A stretch of 64,000 bases of DNA from NCBI GenBank assembly GCA_963765565.1, contig CAVXWV010000013.1:172705-236704 (forward strand), written 5' to 3'. This stretch comes from an uncultured Chloroflexia bacterium. GTDB taxonomy: Bacteria > Chloroflexota > Anaerolineae > Anaerolineales > UBA4823. Made by a program: the position numbers and the translations under genes. The notes beneath the pieces are model-generated. The model was not told the DNA's origin, ran no database searches, and worked only from the letters and a program-made list of their open reading frames with translations. Below are positions 49,195 through 60,173 of this stretch, piece by piece; position 1 is the stretch's first letter, and every line of letters starts with the position of its first letter.

Positions 49195-50556
49195 TCATCC
49201 GTGATCGTCGATATCGTACATGGCGATGATGTACGGGTGGGCGGGATCGTATTGGGTCAGCGGCTGAGGGTTGGTAGCCTGACCGGCCGGGCGCACGTTG
49301 GCGCCGGCGACACCCGTGACGGCATCGCCGATGTCCTGTCGGATGCGATCCGCGAAAGCCTGCAAGCGGCGCACGATCATCAGAATGCTGCGGGGAGCCA
49401 GGTCGGTCGATCTCCCCAATATCCGAGATAGGTCGTAGAGCTCGCAGACGGGCTGTCCGTCACGGGCCACGTGCAGCTTCCAATTGCCGCTGCGCACCGC
49501 CAGCAGGTCATTGCAGAGGTAGTAGAAAAAGGCTTCGTGGGGAGAGGCTGCCTGGCCGCGCAGTACCGGCAGGATGTTGCGCCCATCGATGAGGCGATCT
49601 GCGGGCAGGGATGCGCCGGCCAGCGACGCCAGGGTCGGGTAAAAATCGAGGGAGCTGACCAATTCTGGGCAGGTGGTCCCGGCAGGCAGCCCACCCGGCC
49701 AACGCAGGATGCAGGGCACGCGCAGCCCGCCTTCCCAACCCGTGCCCTTGCGGCCGCGCAGGGGCGCGTTTGAACCGCCGTGGTCACCGCGCGACCCGTT
49801 ATCGGACGTGAAGATCACCAGGGTGTTCTCATCGAGTCCCAGGCGCTGCAGCTCTTCCAGCAGGACACCGGCAGCCCAATCCACCGCGGCGACCGCCGCG
49901 CCGTAGGGGCCGTTGCGCGAGCCTGGCACGAAGGCCGGGGGCGGGTAGATCGGCAGGTGGACGTGCATGTGCGCCAGGTAGAGGAAGAACGGTTTGCGGC
50001 TGGCTGCAGCGCCCCGGATGAAACGCACGCACTCCTCCACATAGCGTTCGGTCAATCCCGACTGGTCGGGCTGCTCCTGGATGACTTCGTCGTCCCGCAG
50101 CAGCGGGAGCGGGGGGAAATCCGGCGACCAGGGCTGGCGCCCCATGTCGTTGCTGTACGGCAGGCCGTAGTAATGATCGAAGCCGTGGCGCGTGGGCAGG
50201 AACTCCGGCTGATCACCGCAGTGCCACTTCCCGACCAGGGCGGTGGTGTAGCCCTGGTTCTTCAATAAACGGGCTATGGTAATTTCGTTAGGGTTCAGGC
50301 CGGCGGCGTGCCCGGGAAAAAGCACCCACTGTCCGTTGTCAAAGGATCCGAAACTGATGCGCGGTGGGTAGCAGCCCGTCATCATCGCGCCGCGCGAGGG
50401 CGAGCAAACCGGTGAAGCCATGTAGAAATCGGTGCAGCGCACGCCCTGGAGCGCCATGGCGTCCAGGTGGGGGGTGTCGTTGACCGGCGAACCGTAGCAA
50501 GCCAGGTCACCGTAGCCGAGGTCGTCGCAGTTGATGAGAATCATGTTTGGGGGCAT
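49195..50556 (-). CDS. Formylglycine-dependent sulfatase (arylsulfatase family)
   Basis: NCDDLGYGD metal site and CSPSRGAMMTG (CxPxR) motif. Confidence 0.9.
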   Translation of the reverse strand: MPPNMILINCDDLGYGDLACYGSPVNDTPHLDAMALQGVRCTDFYMASPVCSPSRGAMMTGCYPPRISFGSFDNGQWVLFPGHAAGLNPNEITIARLLKNQGYTTALVGKWHCGDQPEFLPTRHGFDHYYGLPYSNDMGRQPWSPDFPPLPLLRDDEVIQEQPDQSGLTERYVEECVRFIRGAAASRKPFFLYLAHMHVHLPIYPPPAFVPGSRNGPYGAAVAAVDWAAGVLLEELQRLGLDENTLVIFTSDNGSRGDHGGSNAPLRGRKGTGWEGGLRVPCILRWPGGLPAGTTCPELVSSLDFYPTLASLAGASLPADRLIDGRNILPVLRGQAASPHEAFFYYLCNDLLAVRSGNWKLHVARDGQPVCELYDLSRILGRSTDLAPRSILMIVRRLQAFADRIRQDIGDAVTGVAGANVRPAGQATNPQPLTQYDPAHPYIIAMYDIDDHG

Positions 50557-50640
50557 ATTAATGACTCCTGATGGGGATACCTGGATTATAGCTTCGATTT
50601 GGATTGATTAAGGTATGATTGGTGGCTGGAGAAATAAAAT

Positions 50641-52497
50641 TTGACCCATCAAACACCTGACACCTTATGGCGGATTCGCGCCATCGAGCGCCAGGCGCAA
50701 CGGCTGGAGCGCCGGCTGGATGCGCTGCGCGGGCAGCACCAGCGCTGGGCCTGGCTGCGCCTGCTGGCATTTGGGCTGGCGCTGCTGGCTGGCTGGATCG
50801 CCTGGGGATTATGGGGCGGTTGGGCCGGGGCAGGCGCATTCCTTCTGGGACTGGCCGTCTTCGCGGTCACCGTCGGGCTGCAGCGCCGCCTGGGCAGGGC
50901 GATCGAGCGCTTCGAAGCCCTGCACAACCTGCGCTTGGGCCAGCTCGCACGCTTCCGGCTGGACTGGGAGCACATCCCGGCTGCGCCTTCAGAAGCCATC
51001 CGCAAGGAGCGTAATCCGCTGGAGGTCGACCTGGACCTGACAGGACCTGCCTCGCTGCAGCGCCTGGTTGACCTGGGCATCTCGCTGGAAGGCAGCCAGC
51101 GCCTGGCCGGCTGGCTGTCTGATCCCGAGCCCGACCTGCAGGCCAGCCTGGGACGCCAGCAAGCGGTGCGCGAGCTGAGCCGGATGAGCCGCCTGCGCGA
51201 GCGCCTGCTGGTCAACCTGAGACTGCTGACGAAGGAGCCCCTGCGCGGCGCCCGCCTGCTGGACTGGCTGAATACTCCCCTGCCCGAAGGACGGCTGGGC
51301 CGCCTGCTGGCGCTGGCAAGCCTGTTCTGCCTGGCCAACATAATCTTGCTCATTTTGAACGCGACCGGCAATGCACCCGCCTGGTGGCCGGCCACCTTTG
51401 CTCTGTACCTGGTCTTTTACTTCGCCAACCTGAAGAGCATTGCCCCGTTTCTGGAGGCGGTGGTCGACCTGGACCGCGAGCTGGAACCATTCGGCAGCCT
51501 GTTTGGCTTCCTGCAGCGCTTCCCGCTGCGCAGAGGCTCGCGGGTCGATCAGCTATGCGCAGTTTTTCGCGATCCGCACGACCCGCCTGCGCATTTTTTA
51601 CGGCGGGTGAAAGCCGTTACGGCAGCGGTAGGAGCGCGCGCCAATCCTATAGCCGGGCTGATCCTGAACCTGGTTAGCCCGTGGGACTTTGCCTGCGCCT
51701 ACCTGGCGAACCGCCAGCGCATCCAGGCGGCCCATAGCCTGCCCAGGTGGCTGGAAGCCTGGACGGAGCTGGAGGCGTTGTGCGGGCTGGCAAACTTCGC
51801 CTACATCCACCCGGATTACGCATTCCCGGAAATCCGTACAGATGGACCGATCTTCGAGGCGCGGGCGCTGGGACATCCCCTGCTGGCCCCTGTTGCGCGG
51901 GTATGCAACGATTTCAACCTGCAGAACCTGGGCGAGGTGGCGCTGATCACCGGTTCGAACATGGCCGGGAAGAGCACGTTCATCAAGACGGTCGGCGTAA
52001 ACCTCTGCCTGGTGTACGCCGGGGGTCCGGTGAACGCCGTCCGCCTGCGCACCCGCCTGCTGCGCCTGCACACCTGCATCCGCATCAGCGACTCGCTTAG
52101 CCAAGGCTATTCGTACTTCTATGCCGAGGTCAAATCCCTGCAGCGCCTGTTAGAAATGCTGCGGGAGGAAAAAGCCGCGCCGGTGCTTTACCTGGTGGAC
52201 GAGATCTTCCGCGGCACCAACAACCGAGAGCGCTACCTGGGCAGCCGGGCTTTCGTGCGCAGCCTGGCTGGCGCCCGTGGCAGCGGGTTGATTGCCACCC
52301 ACGACCTGGAGCTGGCGAAGCTGGAGGACGAGACGCCTGCCGTCAGGAACCTGCACTTCGAGGACCGGGTGCAAGATGGACACCTTACGTTTGATTACAT
52401 TTTACGCCACGGTCCCAGCCAGACGACGAATGCCTTGCTGATCATGCGGCTGGAAGGCTTGCCCGTGGACGGCAGCGAGCAGGGCGCTCCTCCTTAA
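50641..52497 (+). CDS. Membrane-anchored MutS-related ATPase (MutS domain V only)
   Basis: Walker A GSNMAGKST, Walker B LYLVDEIFRGTN, and ATHD. The N-terminal and central regions hold hydrophobic helices (WAWLRLLAFGLALLAGWIAWGLWGGWAGAGAFLLGLAVFAVTV). No mismatch-binding N-domain text. Confidence 0.75.
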   Translation: MTHQTPDTLWRIRAIERQAQRLERRLDALRGQHQRWAWLRLLAFGLALLAGWIAWGLWGGWAGAGAFLLGLAVFAVTVGLQRRLGRAIERFEALHNLRLGQLARFRLDWEHIPAAPSEAIRKERNPLEVDLDLTGPASLQRLVDLGISLEGSQRLAGWLSDPEPDLQASLGRQQAVRELSRMSRLRERLLVNLRLLTKEPLRGARLLDWLNTPLPEGRLGRLLALASLFCLANIILLILNATGNAPAWWPATFALYLVFYFANLKSIAPFLEAVVDLDRELEPFGSLFGFLQRFPLRRGSRVDQLCAVFRDPHDPPAHFLRRVKAVTAAVGARANPIAGLILNLVSPWDFACAYLANRQRIQAAHSLPRWLEAWTELEALCGLANFAYIHPDYAFPEIRTDGPIFEARALGHPLLAPVARVCNDFNLQNLGEVALITGSNMAGKSTFIKTVGVNLCLVYAGGPVNAVRLRTRLLRLHTCIRISDSLSQGYSYFYAEVKSLQRLLEMLREEKAAPVLYLVDEIFRGTNNRERYLGSRAFVRSLAGARGSGLIATHDLELAKLEDETPAVRNLHFEDRVQDGHLTFDYILRHGPSQTTNALLIMRLEGLPVDGSEQGAPP

Positions 52498-52664
52498 CTA
52501 CCAGGAACTTATGTTGTGGTTAAATCGTTTAAAAAGATGAATCTCTGCGGCTTAGCGTTCTTCGCGTCTTGGCGTTGGATCTCTAATCCTGAGAAAAACT
52601 TACCAGCGATGAATTCTTATTGGGAAGACGCGAAAAGAGATATGCGACGAAAAGAGGTGCTATC

Positions 52665-54261
52665 ATGAGAATGAGACATTGGATACTTTTGATCGTCGGC
52701 GGAATGGTGCTGTTCGGCTGCGGGCTGCCGGGCGCTCAAACCCAAGAGACCCCGGTCCTCGAAGCAGCCGCCGATAAGCCTGTCCCGACTATTCAGCCCA
52801 CGGAAAGCGCCACGGCAACGATCGAGCCAGAACCGACCATTGCGCCAGCTTACTACGTTTTCCCGCCCTACGGCATCGCCGGGTTGACCGCCTGGATTGT
52901 CGAGGGCGGAGAAGCCACCCGGTTGACCTTGCCCGAGCTGGCTTACAACCAGTTCGACCACTCGCCGCAGACCGGCAGGCTGCTGCACCCCAGTCGCTTC
53001 CCCACTCGCGGCGGAGGGCCGGCTAACCTTTCCGTTGGCGACCTGTGGATTTACAACATCGCCAGCCAGACCGACGAATTGATCTTCCAGGAAGAGAACG
53101 TGGTCGAGGCGATGTGGGCGCCGGATGGACAGGGCTTCGTTTATTTGAAAGCGACCGAGACTTCCTACGAGCTGCGCTACCACACCGCCCAGGGCGAAGA
53201 CTGGCTGGTCGTCGAAGGCGCCGCCCCGGTCTTCAGCGTCTCGCCGGATGGCCAATGGGTGGCCTTTACCCGTGAGACCGGCTACCAGGTAGGCGAGCCA
53301 GGCCTGTACGTCGTCCCGGTCAGTGGAGGCGAGGCGCGCAAAATTTCTTCGGTGGACCGCCAGGGCGCGGGCTCCATCGCCGACATCCCGCTGTGGTCGC
53401 CGGACAGCCGGTTCATCCTGCTGCCCTGTATCCCACGTTTACGACTCGCCGCGCTGGTTCCTTGTAGCTGCAGACGGCAGCCTGGAGAAGCAGTTAAGTT
53501 TTGGTCCGGATGTGCCCGAAGCCTTCCGGCGACAGGATTTCAATCCCGGACTCTGGCTGCCGGACGGCAACGGATTCATCGGCGCGCAGTCGCAGGGGAT
53601 GATGGACCCGCCGCACGCCCAGGAAGTCGCCGTGGCTGCCCTCGACCTGGAGACAGGCGCCATCTCAAAGGTGACACCGGTAGATTACGGGACGCTGTTC
53701 CCGGCCGCCTGGGAAACACCGGGAGAAAAACTGTGGGCAATCGACGAGGATGGGAAATTGAGCCTGGTCGATCTGAATAACCCGACACCGCTGCCGGCGA
53801 GCTGCAAGACTGCCGAAGGCTACACTTTCGTCAATCCATTCAAGGGCTACTGCTTCAGCTACCCTCAGGACTTCCTGATCCAGGCGTTCGAATTCGAGCG
53901 ACCACTTTTCCTTGGACCGGTCGTAGATGAAAACCTCGAACCAGCCCAGGTGAGTTTCTGGATCGAGACGGAGCCAGCAGAAAATGCCGACATGGCCTCT
54001 GCTGTGGAAACCTTCATCAACGCGCAACCCGTTTCTGATCCGGCCATCGAGCGTACAACCACCAGCCTGGCAGGCATTCCAGCCGAAATCCTGGACAACG
54101 TACCCGGGCAACTCGCTTCCCGGGTGGTCATCACCGTCCAGAACGGGGTGATCTACCGGTTGTGGTTTAACCCGGCGGACGAGAACCGCCCAGAACTGCA
54201 GACTGACCTGGAGCGTGCCTTCACGGCTGTGACCGGCTCGTTTGGGTGGCTGCCGAAGTGA
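52665..54261 (+). pseudogene. Lipoprotein with TolB-like beta-propeller repeats; 1-nt frame break at about 53425-53432
   Basis: Signal/lipobox ILLIVGGMVLFGCG with SPDG repeats. Fragments 52620-53780 and 53323-54261. Removing one C from CTGCTGCCCTGTATCC restores ...RFILLPVSHVYDSPRWFLVAADGS.... Confidence 0.65.
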
Positions 54262-54455
54262 CCAGGCGGGCGTTATCTGCCCGCCTCTGCAGCCTGACCA
54301 GGAAACCGCATTTACGGCTGTGACCGGGTCGCCTGGGTGGCTGCCGAAGTGACCAGGCGGGCGTTATCTGCCCGCCTCTGCAGCCTGACCTGGAACCCGC
54401 ATTTACGGCTGTGATCGGGTCGCCTGGGTGGCTGCCGAAGTGACCAGGCGGGCAG
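54220..54455. repeat. 91-bp tandem repeat, 2.6 copies, spanning the 3' ends of two convergent genes
   Basis: Copies start at 54220, 54311 and 54402 with a few substitutions. The two full copies each contain the hairpin AGGCGGGC-gttatct-GCCCGCCT. Copy 3 diverges after about 54453. Confidence 0.9.
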
Positions 54456-55581
54456 ACAGCGCCTGGACGACCAGGGCAACCGCCAGCAGCAGCGCCAGCA
54501 AGGCGTAAGACAGGCCAAATTCACCAGACCGCGGGCGGAAGATGGCCGCCAATGGGTACGAAAGCAGGAAAGCCAGGCCGATCAGGGTTTCGTTCAGAGC
54601 GACCCTGCGCACGGCCTGGCTTTCGTCTAACATGCAGTGGTAGACCGAAAGGCTGAAAGCGCTGCCCAGGAAAGCACCGTAGAGCATGAACCCGCTGAAG
54701 AATATGAGAGAGCCCCCAAACACGCTCATCAGCAGGAGGGCAATCACGCCGAGGCTGCCGAATAATAAGAACCAGGCAGGCCGGGTGCGCCAGCCGCTCA
54801 GGTAAGCCAGTCCCAGGGCAGCAAACGCCTGGGTGATCGCAAATAGAAACTCCGCAATCCCCTTGACACTGTTGGGCACATCAAGCTGCACCGCCTGCAC
54901 CGGCCAGAAGACCATCGCCGTGTTCCAGATCGCCAATCCAGCCAGCAAGCCGATCCAGCCAGGGATGACGAGGTTGGGTCCCTTCTCGCTCTCGGCGAGG
55001 ATGCTCCCACCAGCTCTCGCTGGCGCCTGGGTGAGAGCGGGTTTCGGCTTGTAAATCAACAGCGGCAAGGCGACCAGGAATGCCAGCAGCGCCGCCAGGT
55101 AATAGACCTGCGACCAGTCGTACTGAGTCACCAGGAAGGAGGCAAAAATTGGCCCGAGAGCAAAGCCAACCGACCAGGAGAAGGTGAAATGGCCGATGGT
55201 CAGCGCCAGCGGGCGCGACTCCTGGTTCGAGGCGCCCAGCAGGTAAATCTGCAGGGCGTTGAAGAACATGCTCAATGCGAAGGGGAAGATCGTGTAGAGC
55301 GCCAGGATCGCCCCCAGGCTCTGGACATTGGCCAGGAGGATGCTGATGACGACCATGCCGGCCAGGGAACCGAGCATCTGGTAGCGTACCAGGTGCTTGC
55401 GGATCAGGCGCGTCATCAACAGGCTGGAAAGCATGTACCCCAGGCCATAAACCAGCACGAGGGTTCCGACCGTGGTTTCCGAATAACCGCGGGTCGCCAG
55501 CGAATGCCGCCCGAGAAAGAGCAGCAGGCTGGCGATGATGTCAACGGTGAGGGGGAGGAGGATTGTGAGGAATTTGGGCAT
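54403..55581 (-). CDS. MFS transporter
   Basis: About 12 hydrophobic segments. ATG 55581 (track TTG 55593). The C-terminal 14 aa are encoded by the 91-bp repeat. Confidence 0.75.
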   Translation of the reverse strand: MPKFLTILLPLTVDIIASLLLFLGRHSLATRGYSETTVGTLVLVYGLGYMLSSLLMTRLIRKHLVRYQMLGSLAGMVVISILLANVQSLGAILALYTIFPFALSMFFNALQIYLLGASNQESRPLALTIGHFTFSWSVGFALGPIFASFLVTQYDWSQVYYLAALLAFLVALPLLIYKPKPALTQAPARAGGSILAESEKGPNLVIPGWIGLLAGLAIWNTAMVFWPVQAVQLDVPNSVKGIAEFLFAITQAFAALGLAYLSGWRTRPAWFLLFGSLGVIALLLMSVFGGSLIFFSGFMLYGAFLGSAFSLSVYHCMLDESQAVRRVALNETLIGLAFLLSYPLAAIFRPRSGEFGLSYALLALLLAVALVVQALSARLVTSAATQATRSQP

Positions 55582-55664
55582 ACAAGGTTGCAATCATAAC
55601 ACGCTGTCAGCGTAATTTGCATGCAAAATCCGATGACAGCGGACTGCTATTCGGATTGTATTTG

Positions 55665-55693
55665 TCCTGAATGTTCTGTATAATGATTACAGC
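55665..55693 (+). promoter_or_regulatory. Sigma70-type promoter candidate upstream of the second S8 peptidase gene
   Basis: TTGTAT, a 17-nt spacer, then TATAAT. AAAGGAGAA RBS at 55741-55749. Confidence 0.4.
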
Positions 55694-55756
55694 TCTGGAT
55701 TGCTGAGCCGAATTATTGGAGCGGTTGAGTAAGACTATAGAAAGGAGAATTTGGCG

Positions 55757-58700
55757 ATGGATACCTTGAGAGTGATGGTTTTTACCGGTGAGGGCGAAGC
55801 GCAAAGGCGCCAGCAAGCTGCGGCGCTGGTGACGAAAGTCCTGGCTGAATATGGCCATGGATTGCTGGCGGAAGCGACAGAAGAACAAACCGCTGCCTTG
55901 AGGCAGAACGGCTTTGAAGTTGAAATCCAAAAAGATGCCACGATGATCAAGCTGAGGGCAGTTGAATTTAACACGGCTGCTCCAATTCCGGAAACGTCGG
56001 AAGCTTTAGGCTTGAGCGGGATCAGCCTGGCGAGTTAAAAGATTACGGTCTGGATCGTGCAGTTCGTGGGCCCGGTGAAGCCCGAATGGACGGAGGCCGT
56101 AGGAGTAGCCGGGGCGGCGCTGCTCGAATACATCCCGGAGAACGCCTTCCTGGTGCGCATGGACGGTCTGCAGCAGGAGCAGGTCGCCAGGCTGGAGTTC
56201 GTTTCGTGGACCGGCGCCTACGAGCCGGCTTACAAGGTCAGCCCGCTGCTGATGGGGGTGCGCGGCAAGATCGCTCCGGAATCGTTGAGCGCTGCCTCTG
56301 TGGATGCGTCCGTTTACCTGCCCAGCCCTCTCGGCAACCTGACTATCCAGCTTGTGCAGGGCAAGGACCGCAGCCGGGTGGTGAAAAAGGTGGAAAAACT
56401 CGGGGGAGTCGTCGTACAGGCTGAGACGATCTCATTGAGAAGTCTCACTCGATACTGCCCATATCGAAGAGATCGCCGGCCTGGATGGGGTGAAGTGGAT
56501 CGAGCCGTTCGTGCAGCCAAAGCTTTCGAACAACGTGGCCGCGCAGGTCCTGCACGTCCAGCAGGTCTGGGATGCGCATGGGTTGGACGGCGACGGGCAG
56601 GTGGTGGCGGTAGCCGATACCGGGCTGGATACCGGCCTGAACGACGGATCGATGCACGACGATTTCGAGGGCAGGATCGCGACTATCCATTCCTGGCCAA
56701 TTCCAACCGGCCTGCACCTCTACCTGGACAACACGAGCTGGGACGACGGGGCTGCCGATATGGAAAGCGGTCACGGCACCCACGTGGCCGGCTCGGTGCT
56801 GGGCAATGGGACGCGCTCAGGCGGCACAATCCGCGGTATGGCGCCCAGGGCGCGCCTGGCTTTCCACGCCGTGGAGCAGTACCTGAACGTCAAGCCTGCT
56901 TACCAGGGACAACTCCCGGACGGTTACTACCTGGTGGGCATCCCAGGCGACCTGAACACGCTCTTCCAGCAAGCATACGACGAGGGGCGCGCATCTTCTC
57001 AAACAGTTGGGGTTCCACCCAGGACAACGCCGGCAACCAGGTTTATGGCCAGTACACCACAGAATCCAAGGAGATCGACGAGTTCGTCTGGAACCACAAA
57101 GATGCAGCTATCCTGTTCGCGGCTTCCAACGACGGCAATGACGGCAACGCTGATGGCGTGATCGACCTGGATTCACTGAGCGTCCAGGCGAGCGCCAAGA
57201 ACTGCATCACCGTCGGCGCCTCGGAGAACAACCGCCCACACGGCTCAAATCCGCCGCCGGGATACGATATCCAGTGGGGCACCGGCTCGTGGGCGACGCA
57301 TTTCCCTGTTGCGCCGATCCGCACCGATCACGTCTCGAACAACCCGGAGGGCATGGCGGCATTCAGCAGCCGCGGGCCGACCGACGATGGTCGCATCAAG
57401 CCGGACGTGGTCGCCCCTGGGACGAATATATTATCGGTGCGCTCCTCGCGCGCCAGCGAGAACGGCTGGGGCTTGCTGCCCAGCGGCGACCCGCAGCGCG
57501 ATTTCTACATGTACATGGGCGGCACCAGCATGTCGACGCCGATTACAGCAGGCGCCGTGGCCCTGGTCCGCCAGTACGTGCAGCAGGTGCGCCAGCACGC
57601 CAGCCCATCGGCGGCGCTGTTGAAGGCGCTGCTGGTCCATGGGGCTGTGGGCATGACCGGGCAGTACAACCCGCCCGAGGTCGGCGCCCCACCGGACAAC
57701 GTCCAGGGCTGGGGGCGCCTGAACATCGAGAACAGCCTCTTCCCGTCAGCGGCAGTCCTGGAGTTCCGCGACAACCCCGCAGACGCAGTGGGCGCTGGTG
57801 AGGTGCGCGAGTACACCTTCACCGTCACCGACGGCAGCCTGCCGCTGCGGGCTACCCTGGCCTGGAGCGACTACCCGAGCAGCCCGGCGGCTGGCGGTTT
57901 ATACAACAGCCTGCGCCTCGCTGTGGAGGTTTCAGGAGGCGCCAGCGTCCCGGGCGTGCCTTCAAACAATAACGTGCAGCAAGTCAGCCTGGTAAACCCA
58001 CAAAGTGGCGAATACAAGGTACGTATCAGCGGTATGAACGTACCGACGGCAGCCTTGCCCGGCGTGATGCAGAAGCAGGATTTCGCCCTGGTGGTGACCT
58101 GCGGCACGCAGTTCGTGGACGTGTACATCAAGGATAACCCCGCCGACACGGGTATCTCGCCGACGGTGGGGGTGCAGTACAACTCGCCCGACATCTGGGT
58201 AAGCCCGGTGAACGATCCAAGCGCAGCGCCGGCGGACTCGCCCGAGTACGGGCAGGTCAACTATATTTTCGTGCGCGTCCACAACCGCGGCTCGCTGCCC
58301 GCAAACGGCGCCCAGGTGAAGCTCTACTGGACCGACCCCGGCACCAACCTGACGCGCCCCTACTGGCAGACAGTCGGGATCAGCGTCAACGGCGTTCCCG
58401 GAAATGTCCAGGCTTTGGACGTCCCGGCAGCCAGCGCCGGCGGCGACAGTGAGGCAATCTGCGGTTACGAATGGCTGCCGCCCGAACCGGCGACAGGCGC
58501 CAGCCAGCCCGGGCACTTCTGCCTGTTCGCCTCGGTGGACCACCCGGCAGACCCGCTGCTGCAGGAGGAGGTAACGGCAGTGCGCTGGGAGGACAACCTG
58601 GCGTGGAAGAACCTGATCGTCAAGGACGTCATGCCCAACACGACGGTCAGCAGCCGTTTTTACGCGGCCGGGGTGTTCGGCAAGAGCCTGACGGGATCAC

Positions 58701-59026
58701 TGCATTTCGACCGCCGGGGGTTGCCTGCAGGCAGCAACATCCGCATTAAGCTGCCCAGCCGGCTATTGAAGAACGCCCGCCTGGAAGGGCTGAAGAAGGT
58801 CTGGCAGTCGCCGTTCAACCTCTCGAGCAGGCTGGCGATCACGGCGGAGACCGAGGCGGCGATCGAGGCTATTCGCTTCAAATCCAGGGAGAAGGCGCTG
58901 ATCCTGGTGGAGGTCGACATCCCCCAGCAGGTCGCGGGCGGAACCATGCTAGAAATGAAGGTCGAGCAGCGACTGGAAGAACAAATTACGGGCGCAGTCA
59001 CGCTTAATTTCAAAGTCAACGCCTGA
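55757..59026 (+). pseudogene. S8 (subtilisin-family) peptidase paralogue without signal peptide; in-frame TAA plus two compensating frame breaks
   Basis: TAA at 56036-56038 interrupts the conserved pre-domain (...GISLAS*KITVWIVQFVGPV). The catalytic Asp/His region (VAVADTGLDTG, GHGTHVAGSV) is in ORF 56490-57161, while flanking parts and GGTSMSTPITAG are in frame 56057-59026. The breaks lie at about 56438 and 56990. Confidence 0.75.
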
Positions 59027-59048
59027 TCCTGTTGCGTGATCGAGCAAG

Positions 59049-60173
59049 TCAGAGGTACCGGCAGCCCTCGTCCCACATCGCCAGGTAGTTGTCGAGCGGG
59101 ATGTAGTTGGCGACGGAGTTGCCGGTGCCCAGGCAGTAACCGCCCCCGGGCAGGCAGGCGTCGAGCGTGGAACGCGTGCGCGCCCGCACCTGCTCGGGGG
59201 TGGAGCGGCATAGGAAATCGAGGTCGATGCCGCCCAGCAGGGCGATGCGTTGACCGTAGGTGTGTTTGACGGTGCGCACGTCTTCGATCGTGTCTTCGAA
59301 GGAATGCTTGCCGTCGATCCGCACGTCGTCGATGAGGTCGTCCATGATCGCAGACAGGTTGCCGCAGGCGTGCAGCAGGTAGGGCTTGCCGGCGGCGTGC
59401 GCCATCTCAGCCATCTTCTTGTGACCGGGCAAGACGAACTGGCGCAGGTCGGAAGGGCTGATGAGCGTGCCGGTCTTGAAGCCCATATCGTCGCTGCCCC
59501 AGACGACTTTGACGCGCTCGAACTGCAGCATTCGCTCGAGCACGGGGATGAAGAACGCCAGAAGGCGCCCGGCGATGCCCTGAACCAGGTCGCGCTGGTC
59601 GTAGAGGGCAAAGCACAGGGTCTGGTAGCCCATCAGCCAGGCCAGGTACTCGGCAAAGTGGGCGAAGCCGCCGCTGGCAATCACGCACATTTCGTCGGGC
59701 AGGTTGCGCTCGTACCATTCCAGGCTGCGCGTTGAAATATTTGCCGGATCGGGCCAGGGATATCGCTCGAACTCGTCCCAATTGGTGATCGGGCCGCGGT
59801 TCTCGTTCATGTACGAACGCCCGCCTTCTCGACTGAGCGAGGCGGTATCAGGCACCTGGTCGCGGTTCAACGGAAACTCGACGCCTTCGATGCCCTGGCG
59901 GACGTAGTCGAAGCCCAGGAAGCGCTGGAAGCGCACCAGGCGTTTCTGAGTGAAATAGGGATCGTCGCGGGAGAGGCCGGAATCGAGGTCGTAGCGCCGG
60001 CAGATGGCGTCCTGGATTTCGCCGTCATGGAAGAGCTCGATGTGGTGGACGCGCGATGGCGTGCCCTGGCGGAGGATGCAGGCGAGGAAAGCTTCGTAGT
60101 CGGGGGTGGGGGAAGCGTGTGTAAGGGGCATGTTTACCAGTTTTCTTGTGATGCGATCTTCGACATATGACAT
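59049..60173 (-). CDS. Uroporphyrinogen-decarboxylase (URO-D)-family protein (MtaA/CmuA-like methyltransferase fold)
   Basis: URO-D-like C-terminal text (...WGSDDMGFKTGTLISP...LLHACGN...IDGKHSFED...LGGIDLDFL...). Confidence 0.65.
   Translation of the reverse strand: MSYVEDRITRKLVNMPLTHASPTPDYEAFLACILRQGTPSRVHHIELFHDGEIQDAICRRYDLDSGLSRDDPYFTQKRLVRFQRFLGFDYVRQGIEGVEFPLNRDQVPDTASLSREGGRSYMNENRGPITNWDEFERYPWPDPANISTRSLEWYERNLPDEMCVIASGGFAHFAEYLAWLMGYQTLCFALYDQRDLVQGIAGRLLAFFIPVLERMLQFERVKVVWGSDDMGFKTGTLISPSDLRQFVLPGHKKMAEMAHAAGKPYLLHACGNLSAIMDDLIDDVRIDGKHSFEDTIEDVRTVKHTYGQRIALLGGIDLDFLCRSTPEQVRARTRSTLDACLPGGGYCLGTGNSVANYIPLDNYLAMWDEGCRYL

Noticed and set aside
54220-54455. The 91-bp tandem repeat, or the GAF periodicity, as a CRISPR array
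   Set aside because: The copies are contiguous with no unique spacers and form gene 3' ends. The GAF periodicity is protein-coding. No cas genes are present.
56057-59026. Treating the 989-aa ORF as an intact S8 peptidase gene
   Set aside because: Residues encoded by about 56.44-56.99 kb are out-of-frame nonsense. The Asp and His catalytic motifs occur only in the overlapping ORF 56490-57161.
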